From contig CM052816.1 of the NCBI GenBank assembly GCA_028534125.1, forward strand, positions 67,644,001-67,708,000: a DNA stretch of 64,000 nucleotides, written 5' to 3'. The notes below the pieces were generated by a model. That model did not search any database. It had not been told where the DNA came from and was given only the letters and a program-made list of their open reading frames with translations. A program made the translations under genes and the position numbers. Source of the DNA: Lama glama (lineage: Eukaryota). Shown piece after piece: positions 13,214 through 24,104 of the stretch (position 1 is its first letter; every line of letters starts with the position of its first letter).

Positions 13214-14492
13214 CTGAAAACAAAAAGAGACAAAAGTTAGAGTATTAACAGATACAAGCTCATAGTTTTAATATAACCAATATGGGTTTTACAGATATAA
13301 TTTTATTCAAATTCCTTACTGCTATCTTATTATTTGATTTCTATAAGGAAATAGGTCTTATCCCTGACGGAGGTATTTTAGAGTATGTTTATTCTACATC
13401 TTAAAAAGACCACAAATCAATACATTTAAACAACTGACTACCTCTGAAAATGTTTCTATGTTCAGGCCCTCAAAACTGGTATCACAAAAAACATTTCAAA
13501 ATGACACTCATTATATAGTTTAACACTTAAAAAAATTAATTTGTATCTCTGTATTCTGCAAAGCTGGAAGCATTACTTAAAATTAACTGGAATTTTTAAA
13601 AATACATTTTATGGACACAGCAAGAGATACGCACCTTCAATGTTCCTACTCATTTAATTTTTTCTGTACTTTTAAATAGTAATAATAATATGCCCCAGAG
13701 TATAAGGCTGAAAAAATTGTTCACTGTCAAATATACAAACACAGAGAGAGACATAAAAGTTATCCAGTTTTTAGTACAGGGAATAGTTTAAGTTTTAAAT
13801 ATCATTCATCATCAAAGGACAACTTAATAGGAGCCATACAAAACAAAGTTTGCCAGCAACTGGCAGCCCAGTGAAATCACATAAAGATAAAATCTTCCTA
13901 TAGCATTCTTAATAAAGACTTCTTAGCTCTACAGAATTACTTATATTTAAAAATTGCTGCTTGAGCATTCTCAGTAAACTTTCCACTTAATGAACAGAGA
14001 ATAAATGTTACATTAAAAACTCATATCTTCTGAGTATTTCCCTTTTTTTCACTATTAAGTTTTTGAGCCTTAATAGTGAAATGGGCAAAAGAAATAATAG
14101 TGTAATTTGGCCCATTTCTTCAACTGGGTGCTCTCATGTAAGGTGGAGAACAGGATCCTTAAAATGATTTAATTTTATTTGAAGATTTGTAGGTAGGAAA
14201 AACAACAGAAACACCTGAAAAAAAATTCAAAGTTGATACTTAAAAAGGACTACATAGAATAAAAGTGGGTAATAATAAGCTTAGAATAAGTTAAGCTAAT
14301 GGAAAATTTTAGATTTTGAATAAGCCTACATTAACACTTTAAGGTGTGATGAACATAAAAATCCAACTTACAATTTTTCAGTATAAAATAAAACAACTCA
14401 CCCCAAACTCTATATAGATTTTTCTTAGAAAACATATATTTTTAGGTATAGCATAAGACAGAAGATAGGAAAATCTCTTCCAGGAGACTCAC

Positions 14493-14598
14493 CTTTGTTT
14501 GTCATTGCTGTAGTCGATGTTTGGAAGATACTGCTTCAGTTCTATAGGGAAAACTGCAGGCACATCAAATTCCTGATAACAGACATTGGCTGCTCTGT
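14493..14598 (-). CDS. SETD9: SETD9 exon 5
   Basis: cctag|ACAGAGC...CAAAG|gtgagt; DRAANVCYQEFDVPAVFPIELKQYLPNIDYSNDKQS; 106 nt. Confidence 0.94.
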
Positions 14599-15334
14599 CT
14601 AGGAACACACATAAAATTTTTAGAAACGGCGATTTTACAAGGCCAAGGAAAACAGTCCTGAATTATGGCACTTGATATGTGGTTTGTCTAAATTATTAGA
14701 AAATGCTCAAATTAATAATTACTGTTACATTCCATGTACTGCTAGATTTTATTTATACACACACACATATGTTTGTATGTTTTATTATTTACTTCTTGAA
14801 GATCAAGAAACAGGGGCTCAGAGAAGTTAAAGGCTAGGGAGAAGTCAGGCTTCAAGTTCATGTCTCCCTAACGCTAAAGTCTACGCTAAATGTAGCCAGA
14901 TGATCAAACTTATACTTATGGGAAAGCCAAACCCTGGAGAAAGTAGGTGCTTCATAAACTTAGCAACAGAATGAAAATACCAGTCTAGTGATTAACCTAT
15001 AAGGCTATGTTGAAACACTGACAAAATAATCTCCAAGTTAACTATTAAAAAATATTAAAATAATAATGATCAAAAAAGAGCAGTTAGTTAGCAGTTGCCT
15101 ATATTTACTGCAAAATCAGAATAAACATAGTAAACTAAAGGATTCCAATTAATGTATATCATTATCTCCTCAAATTCTCTCTTCAAAATCTGCCCGTACA
15201 AAGTTCGAGTTTACTCAAGGGTTCTGAACAGTTGAGATGTTAAACTCTACTGCCGCTGGCACTCAGTCATGTGGCAAAGGAGGAGCATTACCACTGCTGT
15301 ATTTATATCTCACAGCCCCACGGTGCCAACTTAC

Positions 15335-15450
15335 CATTTGAACAATTGTTGACATACTGTCCTACAGCCAATGGATTATGAATTTCTGACGTTAGCCACG
15401 TACTATCACTCATTTTTAAAGGGCCAAGTCGATCCCTCCCATTGCAAGAT
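15335..15450 (-). CDS. SETD9: SETD9 exon 4
   Basis: tttcag|ATCTTGC...AATG|gtaagt; SCNGRDRLGPLKMSDSTWLTSEIHNPLAVGQYVNNCSN (SET NHxC-equivalent motif); 116 nt. Confidence 0.95.
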
Positions 15451-15686
15451 CTGAAACAGGTGAAAGCATTACCTAAGAGATTGTTCCTCTGTATCTTAAC
15501 TTTCAAAGTTAACCCTAGAATTGAACAGGGCAATTTTTCTTAGAAAACTTTTGTCTAATCAATAGGGCAACTGAGTTGCTACATAGTAGCTACCTAAATA
15601 AAATTTTATTTAGAGTACAAATGCTAGTTATCATTGTGGTGTGGTTCTGTCTCCTATAATTATATTTGAACATGGCACCAACTTAC

Positions 15687-15810
15687 CTGTACACGACTTT
15701 GGATATTCCTTTGTCATTTCCATCAATGAGTACTCCATCCAGGCATCTAAAAATAAATGGATTTCCAATGGACTGGAAAAAGATTGGCTCATACTTCTGA
15801 TATACTGTAC
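15687..15810 (-). CDS. SETD9: SETD9 exon 3
   Basis: accag|GTACAG...TACAG|gtaagt; TVYQKYEPIFFQSIGNPFIFRCLDGVLIDGNDKGISKVVYR; 124 nt. Confidence 0.95.
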
Positions 15811-16161
15811 CTGGTGTACAATAGGACAAAGACACAGTAACATATAAAGATCAGAAACATCATGATAAGAAGCCTTCTCTGGAACATAAACATAACATGG
15901 GAGAACTTGTTTTAATTTCTCTACCTTCTTCTAATATTTCACCTTCAATCTTGACCATCCCATTCTCTGTGGCTACTTTCCCTCATTAAAGAATGCCGAA
16001 TAGCAGGTAGAGCACAGAACCAACTTGCCCACTGAGCCAAGTAAAATATAACCAATTTGGTTAACAAAAACGTGAACACCACATTTTAGGCTAAGTTTTA
16101 CAAAGCTGTGTTTTTATTTTTTAAAGTAGAATGAGAGTTGACATTTATTAAAGAGCCTTGT

Positions 16162-16282
16162 GGGGAGGGTATATAGCTCAAGTGGTAGAGAGCATGCTTG
16201 GCATGCATGAAGTCCTCCTGGGTTCAATCCCCAGTACCTCCTCTAAAAATAAAGAGATAAATCTAATTACTTACCCTCCTCC

Positions 16283-16324
<42 letters not shown>

Positions 16325-16325
16325 C
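16162..16325 (+). mobile_element. tRNA-derived SINE (Vic-1-like) with (CAA)n tail, SETD9 intron 2
   Basis: ggggagggtatatagctcaagtggtagag...ggttcaatccccagtacc; (CAA)n at ~16285-16325. Confidence 0.9.
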
Positions 16326-17186
16326 TAGCTTTTTAAGAAATGTATTTTAGTAATAGTCAATTAAATAATGTAGACATACATGGGAATACATGAGTCTGAC
16401 ATTCAAGTTGTTTCTCCTTCCATTGGCAATGGAGGAAAGGAGAAAATTAATATTTACAGGGTGCTTCCTACATTCCTGGAAGGTTAATCTATTAAATTTA
16501 TTTTAGTATTAATTTATTTGTTGCTGGTTTGTCCTGTTTAGTCTTTACAGAGTTACATTAGTTGTGTAGGAAGAAACTGAGACTCTTTTGCTTAGGGACA
16601 TGAAATCAGAAAATAGTAGAATGACTTTTTAAAAACATAGGTCTGACTTAAACATTCACACATACTTTCCACTATACTACATAATACGTTTAACAAATTA
16701 CATATTCTACTGAGCATTCTAGTCAATGATGTTTTGCAAAGAAGCTGCTTTACTTTATAAGTTTAGAAGTGGCAGGAAGGTCTTTATTCAGTAATCTATA
16801 GGTTTAAATTTTATCTTTCATGTTTTAACCCATATCATTTTTTACCTTTAATTATTATCTAAGCCAAACTGACTTATTCCCTCGTGCTTTTTAAGTGATC
16901 AGTCTTACCAAAGTAGACCATACTATAGTCTCCTAATTTAAAACATTGATTAGAAAAATGTCCTTAAAAGAAAAATACATTTATCCCAACAAATACTCCA
17001 GGATACTTTCTAACACATAAGACAATTTACAAGCAGTTAATTTCCAAATCAGGATTTAAAAATCTGTGGAAATCGGAGTTTCCAACTCAACCCCTTACTC
17101 TAAGGATTACGGGGTTAGGTATTTTGTTGAACTTATATTTATCTGTGTATAAGAAATTCTTGGCAAAGTACTAATTGTGTCATTAC

Positions 17187-17554
17187 CAGGATACATAGAT
17201 ACAACCGCGCCTTTTGGTACCAGTCCTTTAGTAACGAAGACACCTTTCCCAGCAGAAATCAATGAGCTAGTTGCTCGGGCAACACTGAAACCCAATGTCT
17301 TGTAAAGAATTTCTTCTGGTTTAAAGGTATTTTGCTCTTCATGACTGTATTCAAGATGTTTCACCCTCTGATGCTGAACTGACAGTAGGTCTTGATATTT
17401 TGATTTAACAGGTTCTGGAAGCATAGTCAAGATATCTGATTGTTTATTGAAATCATTTATGAATAGAGCCTGGAAAACTTTCAGTAATGTTCCTAGGACA
17501 TCTTCATCTGAGATAACTTTGTCTTTGGATTCCTCTGGAACATATCGGAGGGTC
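17187..17554 (-). CDS. SETD9: SETD9 exon 2
   Basis: tttcag|GACCCTC...CCTG|gtaatg; TLRYVPEESKDKVISDEDVLGTLLKVFQALF...AGKGVFVTKGLVPKGAVVSMYPG (start of SET domain); 368 nt. Confidence 0.96.
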
Positions 17555-18669
17555 CTGAAAATGGGAAAAGTTTCTATTCACTATCCTTCAACTGATAAAA
17601 GCCAGACTGTCGACGTCCTCTGGGTTACTGGCCTTTGTGAAGATGATTCTCATGTGTTTTCAGGGCATAACACTAAGTTCAGAAAAGAGTTTGGGTATTG
17701 TCCACATCTATCAAAATTCATCAAATTGTACATTTGAAATATGCATAGTTTACTATACAGGAGCCATACCACAATAAAGGTGTCAAAAAAAAAAGTTTGT
17801 GTATGGTTCTAGTCACCTGACTACTGACAATACCTATGCAAGTCAACAACAACCAGTATTTATGAAAGGCCCATTCCCTACCAAATGCTGTTGCATCCTT
17901 GCATTTTTTTTTATCTCATTTCTGCACACAAGGAAACTAAAGCTTGGAGATGTTAGGGAACTTGCCCAAGATTCTAAAGGTGGTAATTGGGAGAGTCAGA
18001 AGCAGAAACAGAGCTAGGTCCCCACGACACCCACAGCCATCATGTGAATGTTATCACATAATGAGAACCCTTATATTGTAATGGCTCTTTTTACAGGTGT
18101 GTAGTTTCAAAGACAAATTTGAGTTAACATTAAATACTTTGTGTCACATTCTCTCCCAGGAGTGTTTACTGCTTTAATGACATTACTTTTACTTCCATAA
18201 TTTTTAAGTACTACTTTAAGTTTTACTTCTGAACGAAAAAGGAACCAATTTCTCCCTCACAATTCGGTAGTAATGATGCATCCGAATTCATGTTCCGGTA
18301 GTATGAAACTCTGGGGACGTCTGTGGTTATCAACCAGCCTTCAACGGAACTAGCTTGTCTACTCAAGTGAGCATCATGTTGACCTCCTCCAGGTCACCAG
18401 CACGCCACTTACTAAAGCCAGCAATGACAGTGATCCTACGGCCACCCTCTCAGCTAGATCCCCTTCTTCAAGCACTGAATCCGTAATTTAAACCCAATAC
18501 TCCGAAGGGCTTTTTTGCTTGATTTTATGCGTCAGCTCCTCCATGCTGTTATCCTCACAGGAGAGCTGGTTTGCTTTCACCATATCAACTACGGAGCTGT
18601 GAAAACAAACAACGGTCTGGCTTTTCTAAGAAGTTTCAAGCTCCTAACTATGCCTTAGTGGAGAGAAGG

Positions 18670-19450
18670 TCACGCACTCTCAGGCCGCACAAATTCTTTT
18701 CTTTTTAAAAAGTTTCCATTTCTTGCCCAAACACAGGGACCCCAGTGCCAGTGGACAGCAAAAGAGAAAACACGAGCCTTCGGCCGGTAACCCGGGCCTG
18801 CCGGACCTCGCAGCGCCGGGGACGACGGGAAACAGGCCCTAGGCCCCGCCCACCTAGAGCCCCGCGCCCTCTTCAGGCCCCCAGCCCGCCTCAGACTCCA
18901 GCGGCCTCCACCTCGGCCCCGCCCCTCAGGTCCAGCCAGCCTCAGGCCGCTGGGCCGTCCTAGGCTCCACCTGCTTGAGGCTCCGCCCGCCTCGGGTCGG
19001 CTCGCCTCAGTCCCAGGGGCCGCAGTGGCGTCGCCGGACTGAAGGAAAGCCGTCCTGTTCTGGTCGCCGCGTCCTCTCACCTCGGGTTGTGGCTTAGGTT
19101 CAGCGCGATCCAGGGTACGAAGCGGTACCTGTAACGGCGCCACCGCTGCCAGAGGCCCCGCAGCAGGCGGCCCGGCATGGCTGTCCCGTGGCGCCGCGAC
19201 GAGGACAGCGCGGGAGAGGTGGGTCGCGGTCTCGGGCCCGCCCCGCCCCGACCCGAGGAGGAGCGGAGGCCGTGCTGTCCCGCCCCTCCGCGGTCTCCGC
19301 CCTCAGCGCCGCGCTCCGTGGCCCTGTACCCACGGCTCCTGTCGCCTGTGTTTCGGTGACTCCGCTCTTGCGACCCCAGCTCACTGAAACAGGTGCGTAG
19401 AGCTGTAGGAGGCCCCCTTCCTCCCTTTTTCTTTCTCCTCCGTTCAGGCT
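18670..19450. promoter_or_regulatory. SETD9: CpG island / promoter of SETD9
   Basis: Only strongly GC- and CpG-rich segment in the window; spans exon 1; several GC boxes (ccccgccc at ~18844, ~18917, ~19241). Confidence 0.9.
19081..19178 (-). CDS. SETD9: SETD9 exon 1 coding part
   Basis: ATG at 19178-19176 in context ACAGCCATGC; MPGRLLRGLWQRWRRYRYRFVPWIALNLSHNP(R); donor AG|gtgaga. Confidence 0.95.
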
Positions 19451-19871
19451 CGTGTATTTTCATACACACACATGCACATATACACACACGCACGTTTAAG
19501 ACCAGTTTACACAACGCATAGTTCCAGTAGGGGCAAACTACCATCTCCAAATCAGCAGGTGTTTATTAAGAACTAAATTTACTGATGCCATTTCTTTAGG
19601 CTGGAAAGTCCATTTTCCTGTTCTTTGCTTAAGAGTAAGGGTAAATTCTAACCTAAAGCCTGAATTGAACAAGTCGGATGTAGTTAAAATTTGGGCGGAT
19701 TCAAGTAGCTTTAGGACTAATTTGTTCAAGTCCAAAAAGGGAAAGAAAAAAGTATCTGTTAAAGTTTCTATTTCACTGTAATATCATATAAGTTGTTGGC
19801 AAACTCTGCCATCAGGTATTGCGTTTGGTAAATTGGAGTCCTCCAGATTTACCTAATTTGCTAAATGGAGG

Positions 19872-20257
19872 TGTTACTGGAAAAGGAAAATAAGAATTAC
19901 CTCAGTTCTTAGTCACTCGAAAAAAAAGAATTCTTGATGAGAGACAAAAAGCGTGATATAAGCAAGCTTTTCATTAGTGAAGTAAAAAAATGATGAAAGA
20001 TAGTCCACTCCTGAGAACTGGGAGTGGGCCAATCCAAGAGAGAAAAAATGGCACCATTCCCTGGTTTTTCCTGTTTTTATATCCTGGTTTCGTGATTGAT
20101 TGATTGACAACTCAGGTTTCCTGCACTCTGGTTCACTGACAGCTTAGGTTCCTTGTGCTCTGGTTAATTGACAGCTCAGGCACCTTGTGTTCTGGATTGT
20201 TCCTTTCCCCTTCCTCTCCCCCTGCCCAGTACTCATTTCTGTCTAAACTACCTAACA
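19872..20257 (-). mobile_element. ERV 3' LTR (386 bp)
   Basis: Direct repeat of the 5' LTR; preceded on the minus strand by purine tract AGACAGGAGAA (20268-20258); TATAAAA 20081-20075. Confidence 0.93.
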
Positions 20258-20899
20258 TTCTCCTGTCTAGTCATAGGACCCCCAGTCTTTGGGAAGTAGA
20301 GGGCGACGACCACTTAAGCTACTTCCTGCTGATCTGGGGCAACAATGGAGCTTGCTGGAGTCCCAGACTAGCTGGCTGTCACTGGGCAGGTGGTGAGCGA
20401 AGGGTCATTGTCCATCAAGGGGCTTGTATAAAAGCTGTCTTGGGTGATTGGTTGATTACCTTCTTGTATAGCCATTTGAAGTTTGCCTGTAGACAAAAAG
20501 AAACACATTTTATAAGAAGGTGAAAAGTTAGAGGTCTAATACATAGAGCTAATCCTAGCAAAGGGATGAAGGGGGCAAACAAGGGTCATACCTACTTAAA
20601 TGGAGTGGAGAGGGCTCCCAACACTCTTAGGCAGAAAGGCCAGCCTCGAGCAGTGTGATCTAGCCGCTTGGAGAAGTATCCCATGGGCTGTTGGGTAGGA
20701 CCCAGCCGTTGGGTGAGGACCCCAAGGCTATTCCTCCTCTCTCATGAACATATAACTGGAATGGCGTTGTGGGATCTGGAAGCCCCAAGGTCGGGGATCT
20801 TACTAGGAGATTTTTTAGTTCTTCCATTGCTTCCTGTTGAAAAGGACCCCACTGCAGAGGTACTGAGTCATCCTTATCCTTTAAGCTGTCATGTAGAGG

Positions 20900-21658
20900 T
20901 TGGGCTAGTTAGGGATCCAAAGCCTACAGTAACCTGTTAATCCGAGAAATGCCCTGAGCTGTTTTCGAGTAGTGGGATTAGGGAGCTGTAAGATTCCCTG
21001 AATTCGTTCAGGGGAAAGGCTATGGTTTCCAGGAGTCAGAACAGCTCCTAGCTAAGTTACCTCTTGTTTGACCATTTTGGCTTTGGACCTGGAAATTTTA
21101 TATCCCTTCTTGGCCAAGAAGTTAAGAGTTTGGATTGCACGTTGGATGGCATGTTTTCGAGTAAGGGAGGAGATAAGTAGGTCATCTACATATTGGAGAA
21201 GAGTTCCTTTTTTAAGCTGTAAGTCCTGTAAATCTTGGGCCAAGTATTGCCCAAAGAGGTGAGGACTATCTTTAAATTCCTGTGGTAGTACTGTCCAGGA
21301 TAACTGGCATTGGTACCCACTGGGTGAGTTCCACTGAAAGGTAAATCAATATTGGGACTGGGGACTAAGGGGTATACAGGAGAAAGCATCTTTTAGGTCT
21401 AAGGTAGTGGGTACCACTGGGTTCCTGGAGGTTTGTTATTAGTAATACATAGGGGTTTGGAACCACTGGATGAAGAGGCACTACAGCCTCGATTATGATT
21501 TTTAAATTTTGGACTTGTCTATAGGCCCCATCCTTCTTAATGACCAGAAGGATAGGTGTGTTGTAGGATCTAGAGATAGATCCAGAGAAGGAAGTTAGGA
21601 CAGAGTAGGTGACTCCAGTATCCAAAAGGAAAGTTATTGTCCTACTTGCCACATCCAT
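20900..21658 (-). pseudogene. Decayed ERV pro-pol (protease N-terminus joined to RT)
   Basis: ORFs 21365..21658 (FLLDTGVTYSVL...YNTPILLVIKKDGAYRQVQNL...HPVVPNPY) and 21052..21243 (LLQYVDDLL); frameshifts and stops. Confidence 0.9.
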
Positions 21659-23432
21659 TTGTCCTGGTAGCTCCAGCCCAATGATGAAGATCTCTTGTGT
21701 TGGGGCTGGCTGGAGGGGGCTTCTTTAGTCCCAGACAACCATCTGCAGGTCACAGGCCAGTGCTCCCCAATGGGCTGTTTGGCTCGAGGGACAGAGGGCC
21801 ACCCAATTACCTTGCTTGTTACACCAAAAGTAGGCAGATTTTGGAGGTTTGTCCTTATGGGGACATTTCTTGGCTCATTGACCAGGTCAGCGGAAGATAC
21901 TGTATTTATCATCAGGCTTGTCTCAGGATGCTGGGGGCTAAGGATTTAGGGATGGTGGCTGCCCTTGGAAGGGCAGTAATTATTCGGGCATGCCTTGCCT
22001 CTTCTTTCCTTCTCCTGAGCCTTGGCTTCTTGTACCTGATCTCAATTAAACAAAAACTTGTGGCAGCAATGGTTAGCATTTATCAAGAGTTACTCTGGGT
22101 TCCTGGATTGCCTTTTGGAGTTTTTGTCTAATATCAGGGGCAGATTGGGTAAGAAATTTATCCTTTAAATGGTAGGGAGAGCAGGGGAGGACATACGTTT
22201 AAGGGAGTCCCCCTCTCAAGGAGGTGTTGGGGACAGCAGATTGCTGATAGTAACCACAGCCAAGGTGGTTATTTTGCATTTCTTTAGGAGATCATTGCTG
22301 TCCCTCAGCAAATAAAAGATCTGGATATATGGTATTTTAGACCATTTACCTTGTGTATTGTAGAAGAGATTAAGCTGGAGCAAGGTGTTTGAATTTTTGC
22401 TCCTATTTATGGGCCATGCTTTTGGCTAAGATGTAACCCAGGGGAGTCCCAGCAGGGATCAACTGTTGGCTTTCCATCTGAAGGGCAGGATACTGGGGGA
22501 AGGAGGGTCTTCAGAGCTCAGCGTCTTGAGGTGAAGCCCGCAAGCTATAGTCTGATGTCTCAGTCTTCTGCCTGTAGCCAAGAGTACCCTGAAGCCATGG
22601 ACCGAAGAGAGCCTGACATCCCAGGGTCATTGGCCTGCAGAAGGAGGACCTGGCGTCCCGGCCTCTTCTCTGGATGGGGAAAGCGGCCACAGTCTTACCA
22701 TGAGCTAGGAGTCTCCGCAGTCCAAGAAAATAGTCAGTTTTAACCCCGCAGGTGGTCGGTGATCCAGGAGCAGGAGAGCTGCTCAACTGGGATAGCCAGA
22801 GAAAGGGGGAACAAAAATAGAGGAGTGTGTTACAGTTGGAGGGTCCATATGGAAACTCCTGAATGGGGAAGGCAGCAGGAGAGGAGAACTTGTGCTAGAA
22901 CTCCAGCAACTCAATTTTAAGGAATATATGTGTTTTTCTTTGGAGAGTTTGTAGATTAAAACGGTCCCAGTTGGCCAACATGTAGCCCAAAGGAGTCCCA
23001 GCAGGGATAGACTTTTGGTTTCCCATCTGAAACAAGGGTAGGATACCAGGTGGTTTTCAGAGCTTAGCATCCTAAGGTGAAAAGCCCATGGACTAGGCTG
23101 ACGTTTCAGCCTCTGTCCACAACCAAATGCTTCCTAGAGGGTAGCCATGAATCAGCAACGCCTAGCGTCCTAGGGTCCTGATTCGGGAATGGAAGCTGAC
23201 GTCTCAGCCACCTCTCCAGAAAAGGGGAAACGGCCACAGTCTTACCGTGTGCTGGGTATCTCCGTGGTCTGATTGGAATGATCTCTTTTACTTTAGTCAG
23301 TGGCTGGTCACCCTACCATGTCTTGTATTCTCAGTCCATCTGCCACAACTGGCCCCAGGAGCTTATGCTGTGCTGGCTGGCCTTGGGGAGGGAGAGAGAA
23401 ATGAAGGAGGAAAGATTAGGTTTAAGCACGCA

Positions 23433-23450
23433 ATCTAAGTCATGGCACCA
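23433..23450 (-). promoter_or_regulatory. Primer binding site, tRNA-His type
   Basis: TGGTGCCATGACTTAGAT versus canonical His PBS TGGTGCCGTGACTCGGAT; the three differences are CpG transitions. Confidence 0.85.
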
Positions 23451-23457
23451 AGATTAA

Positions 23458-23845
23458 TGTTACTGGAAAAGGGAAATAAGAATTACCTCAGTTCTTAGAC
23501 ACCCGAAAAAAAAGAATTTTTGATGAGAGACAAAAAGCATAATATAAGCAAGATTTTTATTAGTGAAGTAAAAAAATAATGAAAGATAGTCCACTCTCGA
23601 GAATTGGGAGCGGGCCAATCCAAGAGAGGAAAAATGGCACCATTCCCTGGTTTTCCTCTTTTTATATCCTGGTTTGGTGATTGATTGATTGACAACTCAG
23701 GTTCCCAATGAATGATTGATTGATTGACAACTCAGGTTCCCTATGCTCTGGTTGATTGACAGCTCAGTTTCCTTGTGTTCTGAATTGTTCCTTTCCCCTT
23801 CCTCACCCCCTGCCCCGTGCTCATTTCTATCTAAACTACCTAACA
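23458..23845 (-). mobile_element. ERV 5' LTR (388 bp)
   Basis: TG...CA ends; TATAAAA 23666-23660; AATAAA 23561-23556; followed on the minus strand by the PBS. Confidence 0.93.
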
Positions 23846-24104
23846 GAGAGTTCAGTTCCAGGATGTATAACAAATGGCATTCAAAGAGTAACTTTAAGGT
23901 CTCCAAACTTACAAGGAACCAAAAATAACTAGTTGACTTCTTACCTGTAATAATATACTTATCTTTAAAAACAAAAAAAAATAGTTTTTGTATATTTTTC
24001 TTCAAGCGCTTTTTAAAAAATTTTAAATTTGTTATCATATGGTTTAATCATCTACAGTGTACATCCAGTACAAAGGACTGTTTTTCCCAGACCTTACTTA
24101 TTTA

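Larger units (their letters stand above)
19872..23845 (-). mobile_element. Internally deleted class I (gamma-like) endogenous retrovirus with both LTRs
   Basis: Direct repeats 19872-20257 and 23458-23845 (TG...CA); PBS; decayed gag MA (WPINRSKNSNTLLQLNLF...GKWSKIPYIQ, ~22273-22416), CA (KFLTQSAPDIRQKLQK, ~22113-22168), protease (FLLDTG), RT (LQYVDDLL), env-end remnant; imperfect 4-bp TSD gagg/gaga. Confidence 0.95.

Noticed and set aside
18670..19400. Several overlapping 60-157 aa ORFs in the CpG island
   Set aside because: Low-complexity Gly/Arg/Pro/Ala products expected from stop-poor GC-rich DNA; only 19081-19178 fits SETD9
20258..20620. Co-opted env (syncytin-like) gene
   Set aside because: Only a short env-end remnant (minus-strand cagcaggaagtagc) survives; no long ORF, fusion peptide or immunosuppressive domain visible
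23678..23765. CRISPR-like array or DUX binding sites in the LTR repeats
   Set aside because: Mammalian LTR U3 tandem units without unique spacers; TCAATCAATCA deviates from the DUX4 consensus TAAYYYAATCA
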